A stretch of DNA of 64,000 bases from Candidatus Limnocylindrales bacterium (GTDB lineage Bacteria > Chloroflexota > Limnocylindria > Limnocylindrales > CSP1-4): positions 299 through 64,298 of the forward strand of contig DASXQE010000106.1 in the NCBI GenBank assembly GCA_036493155.1, written 5' to 3'. Positions 39,544-49,162 of this stretch are shown piece after piece. The notes under the pieces are model-generated. The model ran no database searches and was not told the origin of the DNA. It saw only the letters and a program-made list of their open reading frames with translations. A program made the position numbers and the translations under genes. Numbering within the stretch: the stretch's first letter is position 1; each line of letters starts with the position of its first letter.

Positions 39544-40638
39544 ATGGCCGGGACCGTAGCACACGTCGTCGGAGCGAGGCCCAACTTCATGAAGGCCGCT
39601 CCGGTCATGCGCGCGCTCGCGGCCCGCGGCGTCGACCAGCGCCTGATCCACACCGGCCAGCACTACGACGACGCGATGTCGGCGGTCTTCTTCCGCGACC
39701 TCGACCTTCCGGCGCCGGACCTCAACCTGGGCGTCGGCTCCGGGAGCCACGCGGCCCAGACCGCGGCCCTGCTCGTGGCCCTGGAGCGCGCCTTCACCGA
39801 CCTCCGGCCGGCGCTCGCGGTCGTCTACGGCGACGTCAACTCGTCGCTCGCGGCCGCGCTCGTCGCGTCGAAGATCGGGCTGCCCCTGGCCCACGTCGAG
39901 GCCGGCCTCCGGAGCTTCGACGATTCGATGCCCGAGGAGGTCAACCGCCGGGTGACCGACCTGCTGTCGGAGCGGCTGTACGTCACCAGCCCGGAGGGCG
40001 TGACCAACCTCGACGCGGTCGGCATCCGCGGGTCCGGCGTCGTGCTGGTGGGCAACCCGATGATCGACACGCTGCTGGCCAACCTCGAGCGGTTCGATGC
40101 GCCGGCGATGCGCGAGCGCCAGGACCTGCCCGAGCGCTACGCCGTCGGGACGCTCCACCGTCCGTCGAACGTCGACGACCCGGCGCGCGCCGCGGAGGTC
40201 GTGGCGATGCTCGCCGCCGTGGCCGCGCGCATCCCGCTCGTCCTGCCGCTCCACCCGCGCGGCCGGCCCGTGCTCGAGGCTGCTGGCCTCGGCGCCATCG
40301 ACCCGGCGCGCCTCCGGGTCATCGAGCCGCTCGGCTACATCGACTTCCTGTCGCTCGTGCGGGGCGCCACCCTCGTCCTGACCGACTCCGGCGGGATCCA
40401 GGAGGAGACCACGATCCTCGGGGTCCCGTGCCTGACGCTGCGCCCCAACACCGAGCGGCCCATCACGATCACCCACGGCACGAACCGGCTCGTTGAGCCG
40501 GAGCAGGTCGTGCCCGCCGTCGAGGCGATCCTTGCCGGGCAGGTGCCGCGGCCGGCCGAGGGCCCGCCGCTGTGGGATGGCCACGCCGGCGACCGGATCG
40601 CGGCCGACATCAGCGCCTGGCTGGCCCCTCGGCCCTAG
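39544..40638 (+). CDS. wecB: UDP-N-acetylglucosamine 2-epimerase (non-hydrolysing)
   Basis: VVGARPNFMKAAPV, HTGQHYD, DSGGIQEE. ATG at 39544. Confidence 0.85.
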   Translation: MAGTVAHVVGARPNFMKAAPVMRALAARGVDQRLIHTGQHYDDAMSAVFFRDLDLPAPDLNLGVGSGSHAAQTAALLVALERAFTDLRPALAVVYGDVNSSLAAALVASKIGLPLAHVEAGLRSFDDSMPEEVNRRVTDLLSERLYVTSPEGVTNLDAVGIRGSGVVLVGNPMIDTLLANLERFDAPAMRERQDLPERYAVGTLHRPSNVDDPARAAEVVAMLAAVAARIPLVLPLHPRGRPVLEAAGLGAIDPARLRVIEPLGYIDFLSLVRGATLVLTDSGGIQEETTILGVPCLTLRPNTERPITITHGTNRLVEPEQVVPAVEAILAGQVPRPAEGPPLWDGHAGDRIAADISAWLAPRP

Positions 40639-40707
40639 GGTCGGGGAGGTCCGCGGCGCCGGCGGCCAGGACGGACTGCGCGCCGGCGGGAAGCGGCGCG
40701 CCGTCGG

Positions 40708-42082
40708 CTAGGGGCGCGCCTCCGCGGGCTTGCCGAGCGCGCGGTAGCGGAGGCCCGCGGCTCGGACGGCGTCGGGCGCCAGGATCCGGCGGGTGTCGTA
40801 GACCAGGTCACCCCGCATCGCCGCCTTGATCGCCGCCCAGTCCAGCTCGGCGAAGGCCGGCCACTCGGTGGCCACGACGACGGCATCGACTCCGGCGGCC
40901 GCTGCCACCGCCGACGGCGCCACCGCGAGGTCCGCGTCGGCGCGGGCGGCCGCCTCGTTCGCGACCGGATCGAACCCGATCACCGTGGCGCCCGCGGCCC
41001 GCAGCTCCGCGGCGAGGGCCAACCCGGGCGAGTGGCGGACGTCGTCGGTGTTGGCCTTGAACGCGAGGCCCAGGAGGGCCACGCGCGCGCCGTCCAGGCC
41101 GGCGGGCAGGAGCGACCCGACGGTCGCGACGAGCTGGGCCTGGTGGGTCCGGTTGGACGGCCACACGGCCTGGAGGATGGGCGCCTCCAGGTCGCGGGAG
41201 CCGGCCTCGACGGCGATCGCCGCGGCCTGCTCGGGCAGGCATGAGCCGCCGAAGCCCGGCCCGGAATCCAGGAACGACCGGCCGATGCGCGGGTCCATCC
41301 CGATCCCGTCCGCGACGACGCTCACGTCGGCCCCGATCGCGTCGGCGAGCCGGGCCAGCTCATCCGCGAACGCGACCTTCAGTCCGAGGTAGACGTTCGA
41401 GGCGAGCTTGAGCAGCACCACGGAGCGCGCGTCGGCAAGGACCAGGGGCGCTCCGAGGGGCGCGTACAGCTCGGCGAACGCCCCGGCAGCCTCGCGATCC
41501 GATTCCCGCAGGTAGCCGATCACGACCCGCGACGGCGCCGCGAAGTCGGCCAGCGCCCGGCCCTCGCGCATGAACTCCGGGTTCACGATGACCGGGCGGC
41601 CCGGCGCCGCGCCGCTGGCGTCGGTCGCGCCGCCCGCGGCGGTCGCGGCGGTCGCGGCGTTCGCGCGCTTCCCGGGCGCGGCGGTCGCCGCCTCGAGCCG
41701 GTCGGGACCGTGGAGCGGCAGGGTCGAGCGGACCACGATCGGGACGTGGGCCGGCAACGAGACGGCCAGCGACCCGACCACCGCCTCGACGATGCTCGTG
41801 TCGAGCAGCCCGTCCGAGCCCGCGGGCGTCGGCACGCAGACGATGGCGGCGCTCGTGCCCCGTGGTGGCTCGGGCTCGGTCGTGAAGGCGAGGGTCCCGG
41901 CGGCGACGCCGGCGGCAATCGCGCCGTCCATGCCCGCCTCGAGGATCGGCGAGCGCCCGGCTGCCAGGGTCGCCACGCGAGCGACATCGATGTCGTGGAC
42001 GGTGACGCGGTGGCCGAGCTGGCTGAAGCCCACGGCCGTGGTCAGGCCGACGTATCCGGCACCGACCACGAACAGCTCCACG
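40708..42082 (-). CDS. ugd: UDP-glucose 6-dehydrogenase family protein
   Basis: VVGAGYVGLTTA, GFGGSCLP. GTG start at 42082 after AGGAGGG. Contains an internal Ala-rich insertion. Confidence 0.8.
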
Positions 42083-42161
42083 CGTCCCTCCTGGCTCGGG
42101 CGGTGACGATCCGACGGCTGGCGGACGCGCGCCGTCGGCGGCAGCGTATCGTGCTCCGTCG

Positions 42162-43373
42162 ATGCCGGACGTCTCGGTGCTCGTGCCCTGCTGGAACGCC
42201 GCGCAGGCGATCGAGCGGGCGATCGCCTCGGTCCTCGAGGCCACCTCGCTCGACCTCGAGGTCGTCGTGGTCGACGACGCCTCGACGGACGGGACGGCGG
42301 ACATCGTCGATCGGCTCGCGGCATCGGATCCCCGGATCGTGCTCGTCCGCCAGCCCGTGAATGGCGGCGTGTCGGCGGCTCGGAATGCCGGGCTCGAGCA
42401 CGTCCGCGGCACGTGGCTGACCCTGCTCGATGCCGACGACCGCTTCCTGACCGGCGGCCTGGCGGCGCTCCATCGGGCCGCCATCGCGACCGACGCGCTG
42501 GCGGTCGTGGGCCAGCAGGTCTGGTCGAACGGCCGCCGCCACTGGATCGGACCGCTGTACGACCAGCCCGACATCCGGACCCCGCGCCGGACGTCGATCG
42601 CGGCATCGCCGGGCCTCCTGTACCACGCCTCGCCGCACGCGAAGCTGTTCCATCGCTCGGTCGTCGATGGGCTGCGCTTCGAGGGCCGGGTCCTCGGCGA
42701 CCAGCCATGGGTCGTCCGCGGCCTGCTGCGAGCCGGCGAGCGGCTGGAGGTCATCGGCGACGAGGTCTACGAATGGATCCGAACCTCGCCACCGGGTGCC
42801 GGGCCGTCGATCACCGCGGCGACGCGAGCCTCCACGGCGCGCGGCGTCGAGGCCGCCGGGGTCGCCGCGCGGGCCCACGCCGAGGTCTCGGCCGAGGCAA
42901 TCGCCACGCTGGGCCCGGGGGCGGCCGCGGATCGGGTCAGCACGGCGTACGCCGAGCGATTGCTGCGGTCCGACCTGGCCGCCCACGTCGATCGTGCGCT
43001 CAGCCGCCGGGATCCCACGATCGGGGCGCTCTTCGGCGCGATCCAGGCCTTCCTCGCGGGATTGCCGCCCGGCACGCTCGCGACATCGGACGTGCTCGCT
43101 CGCGACGTGGTCCTGCCGCCGCTGCGACGCTGGCCCGCGCTCGCCCCGCCGGCGCGCCCGGCGTTCTGGGCCCTCGTGGCGACGGCCCTGGCCATCCAGC
43201 CCGACCTGGCCCGCCATGCCGGAGCGCCAGTGGCGGCTCGGGCCCTGGACCGCGCGCTGCGCTCGAGCGGGCCGGCCCGGACCGCGGCGATCGCCGTCCT
43301 CATGGCCCTCGGTCTCGCCGGCCTGCCGCGCCTCGCCCCGCGCGCCGCCGCGGCCCTGCGGCGACGCCTGTAG
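42162..43373 (+). CDS. glycosyltransferase family 2
   Basis: VSVLVPCWNAAQ, VVVVDDASTDGT, LDADD (DxD). Has a ~150-aa C-terminal extension. Confidence 0.75.
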   Translation: MPDVSVLVPCWNAAQAIERAIASVLEATSLDLEVVVVDDASTDGTADIVDRLAASDPRIVLVRQPVNGGVSAARNAGLEHVRGTWLTLLDADDRFLTGGLAALHRAAIATDALAVVGQQVWSNGRRHWIGPLYDQPDIRTPRRTSIAASPGLLYHASPHAKLFHRSVVDGLRFEGRVLGDQPWVVRGLLRAGERLEVIGDEVYEWIRTSPPGAGPSITAATRASTARGVEAAGVAARAHAEVSAEAIATLGPGAAADRVSTAYAERLLRSDLAAHVDRALSRRDPTIGALFGAIQAFLAGLPPGTLATSDVLARDVVLPPLRRWPALAPPARPAFWALVATALAIQPDLARHAGAPVAARALDRALRSSGPARTAAIAVLMALGLAGLPRLAPRAAAALRRRL

Positions 43374-43409
43374 CGGCTCGCCCGGCCGCCGCTGCTACCC
43401 TTCCGCGCG

Positions 43410-44300
43410 ATGTTCGAACAGGCCCGCCACGGGGTGTCCCGCGAGGTATCGGGCACCGCGGGCCCGCTCACGATGCTCCGGGAGGCCATCGGCGAGGCGC
43501 TCTCCCGCCGGCGCCTGGTGCGCTACCTCGTTGCCGCCGACATGAAGAAGCGCGGCTCGGACACGCTCCTCGGCAACCTCTGGTGGATCCTGGATCCGCT
43601 CCTCCAGATGACCGTCTACGTCATCTTCGTAACGATCATCTCGAACCGGAAGCAGATCGACTACCCGCTGTTCATCTTCGCCGCGATCCTGCCCTGGAAG
43701 TGGTACCAGGCGGTCGTCACCGACGCCTGTTCGGCGGTCGTCAGCCAGGCGGGCCTGATCCGCCAGATCGCGTTCCCGAAGATCGTCCTGCCGATCGCCG
43801 TGACGACGGCCAACACCGTTGGCTTCGTGTGGGGCCTGATCCCGCTGTTCGGCCTGATGCTGTTCTACGTCGACCGCATCACGCCGATGCTGCTGTGGAT
43901 CCCGGTGATCGCCGCGGTCCAGTACGTCTTCTCGATCGCATCGGCGATCTTCTTCGCCGCCGCCAACGTCTTCTTCCGGGACCTCGGCAACGTCGTGGGC
44001 CACGCCCTCCGGCTGTGGTGGTTCCTGTCGCCGGGCCTGTACGCGATCGATCACCTGGACCAGGACGTCGGCTTCGTCCGCGACCACCACTGGGTCCAGG
44101 TCGTCGCCAACCTCAATCCCTTCGCCGTGCTGTTCACGGCCTACCGCAACGTCATCTACGGCGGCTCCGACGGGCTCACGCCGCCGCTGCCGCCCGATCT
44201 CCTCAGCCTCGCGATCCTGCTGGTGGTGAGCGTCGGGCTGATCGGCCTCGCGACGATCGTCTTCAAGCGCGCCGAGCCCGAGTTCGCGAAGGTCCTGTGA
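43410..44300 (+). CDS. ABC-2 polysaccharide/teichoic-acid exporter permease (TagG/Wzm/KpsM-like)
   Basis: 6 TM, with the LGNLWWILDPLLQM N-terminal block typical of ABC-2 polymer exporters. Confidence 0.8.
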   Translation: MFEQARHGVSREVSGTAGPLTMLREAIGEALSRRRLVRYLVAADMKKRGSDTLLGNLWWILDPLLQMTVYVIFVTIISNRKQIDYPLFIFAAILPWKWYQAVVTDACSAVVSQAGLIRQIAFPKIVLPIAVTTANTVGFVWGLIPLFGLMLFYVDRITPMLLWIPVIAAVQYVFSIASAIFFAAANVFFRDLGNVVGHALRLWWFLSPGLYAIDHLDQDVGFVRDHHWVQVVANLNPFAVLFTAYRNVIYGGSDGLTPPLPPDLLSLAILLVVSVGLIGLATIVFKRAEPEFAKVL

Positions 44301-45133
44301 GCGGCAACGGCAGCGGTCCCGGGCCCATCCGGACGGGCCGCGGCGACGCCATCGTCACCGAGGACCTGGGCGTCCAGTACGACCTCCGGTTCAACCGCAA
44401 GACGGCCATGCGCGAGTCCCTCGCGAAGGTCGTGCTGCGCAAGCCCCCGGAGCGGTTCTGGGCGCTGCGCCACGTCGCGATCAAGCTCGCCCACGGCGAA
44501 TCGCTCGGGGTCATCGGACCGAACGGCGCCGGCAAGTCGACGCTCCTCCAGGTCCTGGCCGGCATCATGCGGCCGTCCGAGGGCTCGGTCGAGATCAACG
44601 GCGCGGTGTCGGGCCTCCTGACGCTCGGCGCCGGCTTCGACCAGGAGCTGTCTGGCCGCGAGAACATCCTGCTCGGCGGCGCCTTCCTGGGCCTCGACGA
44701 CAAGGTCACCCGCGAGCTCCTGCCGGGGATCGTCGAATACGCCGACATCGGGGCCTTCATCGATGCGCCCATCAAGACCTATTCCTCCGGCATGCGCGCC
44801 CGCCTGGGCTTCTCGATCGCGACCGCCGTCGACCCCGACATCCTGCTGCTGGACGAGGTCCTCTCGACCGGCGACGCGACGTTCCGCGAGAAGTCGAAGG
44901 CCCGGGTCATCGAGCTCGTTCGATCGGCCAAGGCCGTCGTCCTGGTGACCCATGACATGAACTGGGTGGTCGAGTACTGCAACCGCGCTGTGCTGCTCGA
45001 GAAGGGGGCCGTGGTCCTCGAAGGCCCGCCCGACGAGGTCGTCCAGCTGCATCTCGACCGGACCGCGGCCGCCAAGGCCGCGAAGGAAGCTGCGGCCCGC
45101 GCGGCCGGACTGGATCCGAGAATCGCTCGCTAG
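44297..45133 (+). CDS. ABC polysaccharide/teichoic-acid exporter ATP-binding protein (TagH/Wzt/KpsT-like)
   Basis: Walker A (GPNGAGKST), signature (YSSGMRARL) and Walker B (ILLLDEV). GTG start overlaps the permease stop. Confidence 0.85.
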   Translation: MSGNGSGPGPIRTGRGDAIVTEDLGVQYDLRFNRKTAMRESLAKVVLRKPPERFWALRHVAIKLAHGESLGVIGPNGAGKSTLLQVLAGIMRPSEGSVEINGAVSGLLTLGAGFDQELSGRENILLGGAFLGLDDKVTRELLPGIVEYADIGAFIDAPIKTYSSGMRARLGFSIATAVDPDILLLDEVLSTGDATFREKSKARVIELVRSAKAVVLVTHDMNWVVEYCNRAVLLEKGAVVLEGPPDEVVQLHLDRTAAAKAAKEAAARAAGLDPRIAR

Positions 45134-45154
45134 ACCGGCGCTCCGGCGACCGAG

Positions 45155-45727
45155 CTAGTCCTCGCGATCGGGCCTGCGCCGCCCCCGGCGAAACCCCACC
45201 AGCCCCGCGATCAGCCCGAATGCAGCACCGAACGCCGCGGCCCCGCGCCAGTCGACCAGCACCCGCACGTCACCGCTCACACGCCGGGCGATGAGGATGC
45301 CGACCCCGGATGCGCGCTCCAGGCGCACCTCCGCGGCGACGAGGGTCCGGACGACCGATTGCTCGACGTGGGCCTCGCGGGCCAGCAGCGACCGCGCGAC
45401 GGACTGGCGGAGGGTCAGGCGGCTCGCCATCGCGGCACCGAGCGCGCCCTGATGGACCGTGATGTCGTCGGCCCGCGCCGCCCCGACTGCGCCGCGCTCG
45501 ACGCCGAGCGAGGCCGCGTCGGCACGCCCGACCGCGCCCATCGAAACCTCGACGCGATCCGCGTGGACCGTGCCCTGGTCCCCGACGATCGCGGGCGCCA
45601 CGGACTCGGACGTCGCGGACTCGGGCCTCGCGGCCGGAAGGTCGCCGGAGCCGGCAGCGGCCGCCGCCGCCCGGCGGCGGCGCGGGGTCGGTTGGGGCGC
45701 GGGCTCGTCGGTCGTCATCGCCGCCAC
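45155..45727 (-). CDS. hypothetical protein with six tandem ~15-residue repeats and C-terminal TM helix
   Basis: The repeats read ADRVEVSMGAVGRAD / AASLGVERGAVGAAR / ADDITVHQGALGAAM / ASRLTLRQSVARSLL / AREAHVEQSVVRTLV / AAEVRLERASGVGIL. The C-terminus carries AAAFGAAFGLIAGLVGF. Third-position GC is consistent with coding. Confidence 0.45.
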   Translation of the reverse strand: MAAMTTDEPAPQPTPRRRRAAAAAAGSGDLPAARPESATSESVAPAIVGDQGTVHADRVEVSMGAVGRADAASLGVERGAVGAARADDITVHQGALGAAMASRLTLRQSVARSLLAREAHVEQSVVRTLVAAEVRLERASGVGILIARRVSGDVRVLVDWRGAAAFGAAFGLIAGLVGFRRGRRRPDRED

Positions 45728-45759
45728 AGCCTACGCCGCGTCGACGGGCTGGCCGCGGG

Positions 45760-46521
45760 CTAGCGGTTCCGCAGGCGCCCGAGGATCTCGTCGATCCGCA
45801 GCCGGACGACGACGAGCAGCGCCTCGAACACGATCCGCCGGGACATCTTCGAGCGCCCGAGGCGGCGGTCGGTGAACGTGATCGGGACCTCGACGATGCG
45901 CGCCCCGCCGCGGCTGGCGCGGTAGGTCATCTCGATCATGAAGACATAGCCGCCGGCGTGGACGTTGTCGAACGGGATCGAGGCCAGCGTCGATGCCCGC
46001 CAGGCCTTGAAGCCGCCCGTCAGGTCGTTCTGGCGGAGGCCCAGGACCGTCCTCGCGAAGAGGCTCCCGCCGCGCGAGATGATCCGGCGGAGGATGCCCC
46101 AGTCCTCGACCCGGCCGCCCTTGGCATAGCGGCTGCCGATGACCAGGTCGGCCTCGTTGCGGTCGATCGGGGCGATCAGGCTGGGCAGCGCCGCCGGGTC
46201 GTGCGATCCGTCGGCATCCATGTGGCAGACGATCCGGGCGCCGCCATCGAGGGCGACCTTGAAGCCATCCAGGTAGGCCGGCCCCAGGCCCATCTTCCGG
46301 GGCCGGTGCTTGACCCGGATGCGCGGGTCGTTGGCGGCCAGGTCGTCGGCGATGCGGCCGGTCCCGTCGGGCGAGTTGTCGTCGACCACGAGGAGGGTCG
46401 AGGTCGGAACGACGGCGAGGATCGCCGCGGCCGCCGTCGCGAGGTTCTCGGCCTCGTCGTACGTCGGCAGGACGACCCAGGGCGCGTTCGGGTCGCGCGT
46501 CGGCGCGGGGGTTCCCTCCAT
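45760..46521 (-). CDS. polyprenol-phosphate mannose synthase (Ppm1/DPM1-like GT2)
   Basis: VVLPTYDEAENL, VVDDNSPDGT, DADGSHDP, GFKAWR. Confidence 0.85.
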   Translation of the reverse strand: MEGTPAPTRDPNAPWVVLPTYDEAENLATAAAAILAVVPTSTLLVVDDNSPDGTGRIADDLAANDPRIRVKHRPRKMGLGPAYLDGFKVALDGGARIVCHMDADGSHDPAALPSLIAPIDRNEADLVIGSRYAKGGRVEDWGILRRIISRGGSLFARTVLGLRQNDLTGGFKAWRASTLASIPFDNVHAGGYVFMIEMTYRASRGGARIVEVPITFTDRRLGRSKMSRRIVFEALLVVVRLRIDEILGRLRNR

Positions 46522-46552
46522 CGCCGCGGAGTGTACGGGGCCGGGGCTCAGG

Positions 46553-48958
46553 TCAGTTCAGGATCTCGAGCGCGTCGAAGGCGACGGTCGGCCGTCCGGC
46601 CGTGCCCACGACCACGAGCTTGATCGTATGGGTGCCCCAGGTCAGGGCCTTGCTGAAGGTCACGGCCCGGTCCATGTGGCTCGCCGCGGCGGTCTCCATC
46701 GTCACGACATAGGCCCCGTCGATGTAGACCTTGGCCTGGCCGTACGCCGGATCCCGCGACGCCAGCACGGCGACGGCGCGCCCGGTGAACGTGTAGCTGA
46801 CGCTGGCGCCCGCCGCCGAGGTCTTGCCCTCCGACCCGCCCGAGTACGCCGTCGCGGACACGGTCGTCCAGCTGCCGGCCCAGGCCATCGTGCTGAGCGT
46901 CTGCTGGGCGTAGGACGGCCGCATCGTCGGCCCCGCGGCCCAGCCGCTGACGTTGCCGGACTTGTCGTGGGCCCGGGTCTCGAAGCGATAGGTGTGGCCG
47001 GATGCCACGGACGTCGCCCAGGTTGCCGCGGTGAGGCCGCTCGCGACGGTCGCGAAGGCCGCGCCATCCAGGCTCCGGGCGACGTCGTACGTCACGACGC
47101 CCGATCCACCGGTGTCGGTGGCCGACCACGTGACGTTCACGGGCATCGCGGTGCCGCTCAGCGCGATCGAGGCCTTGAAGCTGGCCTTCGGCGCGGCCTC
47201 GACGGGCTTGGTCCGATCGATCCGGACGGTCGCGGCCGACGCCGCCGTCGCGGGTCCCGGGACGTTCGAGCCGTCGACCACGCTGCCGGCCTTGATCGAC
47301 AGTCCGACGGTGCCTTCCGAGCAGCTCGTGACCGCCACGCTCCAGGTCGTCGGGCCGCCGGTCGGGGCATTGACCACGCAGCTCGTGGCCGTTCCGGAGC
47401 GGCTGAGGTCTGCGGCGGTGAAGCCGCTGACATCGCTGGCGAACGTCACCTGGTAGGTCACGGTTGCGGCGTTGGTCGAGGTCCCACCCACCGGCGCGAA
47501 GGACACCACCGCCGTCGTCGGCACGTCCTGCGACACGACGCCGACGTCGCCGCCCGTGTCGAGCGCCGGGTTGCCCCAGGCATCGGTGGCGTGGAGGGTC
47601 CAGTGGTAGGTCCCCGGGGCGGCCGGGGAGCCGCCGGGCAGCGCGTCCCACGACAGCGGGAAGAGGTCGGTCGAGCCGCTCTGGCTGCGAACGGTCTTGC
47701 CGTTCGGATCCTTGAGCGTCCACGTCCAGGCGGCGGCCTCGGACAGCCGGGCCCACAGGCTCAGCTGATCGGCCTGGCCGTCGAAGTTGGGGGAGACGGT
47801 CGTGGTGCCGGTGAGCGCCAGCAGCGTCGGTCCGGCGGTCGTCGCGGGCTTGAGGCCACCGCCGGAGACCCAGCCCGAGACCGAGGCGTCGAGGGTCTCG
47901 ACCTGGGCCGCCGGCGGCGGCGTGGTGCCATCGGGCGCGGTCGGGGCATCGGCCAGCGCGTCGACGTGGAGCTTCGTGCCGGAGGCGAGCGTCGAACCGG
48001 TCGCCGCCGTCATGGCCTGGTCGCTGTACACCGGCAGGCCTGCCGTCGCGACGGTCGCGTTGCCGGGGGCGGCGAGGGTCTGGGGCGTCGTGACCTGGGA
48101 GGCGAGGGCCGCGCCGGCGACGATCTGGTCGGTCGTCAGCTCGGGGTCGGCCACGATGGAGCGCTTGAAGCCCGAGCTTGGCGTCTCGGGATCGATGATC
48201 CCCTGGAAGGCGGGGTTCCGGGCGGGCATGAAGGCGACCTCGTGGCCGTTGGCGCTGGACAGCGATCGCCAGACGTCGAGGAACGGCTGATGGCTGGAGA
48301 AGATGCCCCGGATCGAGGCCTCGACGACACCGGTGTCGTCGTCGGCCATGACCGTCTGGGCACCCGCCCGGATGAAGCCGGAGGCGAAGTTGTCGACCCG
48401 CTGCTCGGCGACCGACACGGTGGGCTCCGGCGCGCCCGGCTCGCCCGCGCCCGGCGCGTAGCACAGGTGGTTGAGGAACACGATCGCGTTGGGCGCCAGG
48501 CGGAGCGTCCCGACCGAGGCCTCGCCGTAGTACTTCTTGTCGCTGTCGCTGAGGCCCAGCGTGGTGTTCAGGCCCATGCCGTCCTCGGTGCTGGTGTTCA
48601 GCGTCGAGCCGTATGGGCTGGGGAAGCCATTGCCATGGCCGAGGTAGACGAAGATGCTCGCGCCGTTGGCTTGGGCGGCGACCGCCGACCAGGTGGCGTA
48701 CGGGCTGTAGACCTTCGCGACGTTCGGGGTCCACTTGAGGGCCTCCGCCGCGATGCTGTCGGCCATGGTCCGGTAGGTCGAGGTCGTCGACTCGGTGGCG
48801 CCCACCACGATGACGACCTTCGGCTGGACGACCGTGGCGTCGGCCGGGGCCGGGCTCGTGCCGACCGGCGCCGTTGCCGCCAACGCGGGCACGGCGAAGG
48901 CAGGTGCAGCGGCGACGAGCGCGGCGATGAGCACCGCGGGCGCGGCTCGGACGTGCAT
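46553..48958 (-). CDS. large secreted multidomain protein (signal peptide, N-terminal alpha/beta hydrolase-like domain, C-terminal Ig/Big-like repeats)
   Basis: Signal peptide MHVRAAPAVLIAALVAAAPAFAVPALA. N-terminal domain with GHGNGF and NHLCYAPG blocks. Long Thr/Ser/Gly-rich beta-domain region and a conserved C-terminal domain. Confidence 0.75.
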   Translation of the reverse strand: MHVRAAPAVLIAALVAAAPAFAVPALAATAPVGTSPAPADATVVQPKVVIVVGATESTTSTYRTMADSIAAEALKWTPNVAKVYSPYATWSAVAAQANGASIFVYLGHGNGFPSPYGSTLNTSTEDGMGLNTTLGLSDSDKKYYGEASVGTLRLAPNAIVFLNHLCYAPGAGEPGAPEPTVSVAEQRVDNFASGFIRAGAQTVMADDDTGVVEASIRGIFSSHQPFLDVWRSLSSANGHEVAFMPARNPAFQGIIDPETPSSGFKRSIVADPELTTDQIVAGAALASQVTTPQTLAAPGNATVATAGLPVYSDQAMTAATGSTLASGTKLHVDALADAPTAPDGTTPPPAAQVETLDASVSGWVSGGGLKPATTAGPTLLALTGTTTVSPNFDGQADQLSLWARLSEAAAWTWTLKDPNGKTVRSQSGSTDLFPLSWDALPGGSPAAPGTYHWTLHATDAWGNPALDTGGDVGVVSQDVPTTAVVSFAPVGGTSTNAATVTYQVTFASDVSGFTAADLSRSGTATSCVVNAPTGGPTTWSVAVTSCSEGTVGLSIKAGSVVDGSNVPGPATAASAATVRIDRTKPVEAAPKASFKASIALSGTAMPVNVTWSATDTGGSGVVTYDVARSLDGAAFATVASGLTAATWATSVASGHTYRFETRAHDKSGNVSGWAAGPTMRPSYAQQTLSTMAWAGSWTTVSATAYSGGSEGKTSAAGASVSYTFTGRAVAVLASRDPAYGQAKVYIDGAYVVTMETAAASHMDRAVTFSKALTWGTHTIKLVVVGTAGRPTVAFDALEILN

Positions 48959-49162
48959 GGGACCGACGAGGACTCCGGTGGGATGAGTGCTCCGGGAGCC
49001 TCCCCGCGGGCCGCGCCGCGCTCAATGAAGAATCAGTCCTGGCCACCCCGGACGATCGGAGCGCGGTCCGGTCCGGCGAGACGCGGTCCAGTGCGGTTCG
49101 GACGGGTCAGGCAGCCGCGAGCGTGGTGCGGCCGCGCGCCACCGAAATCGGGCGAACGCGCG

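Noticed and set aside
40708-42708. 5' 210 codons of the 666-aa minus ORF
   Set aside because: Upstream of the Ugd GTG start the frame is Arg/Pro-rich junk overlapping the GT2 gene on the other strand.
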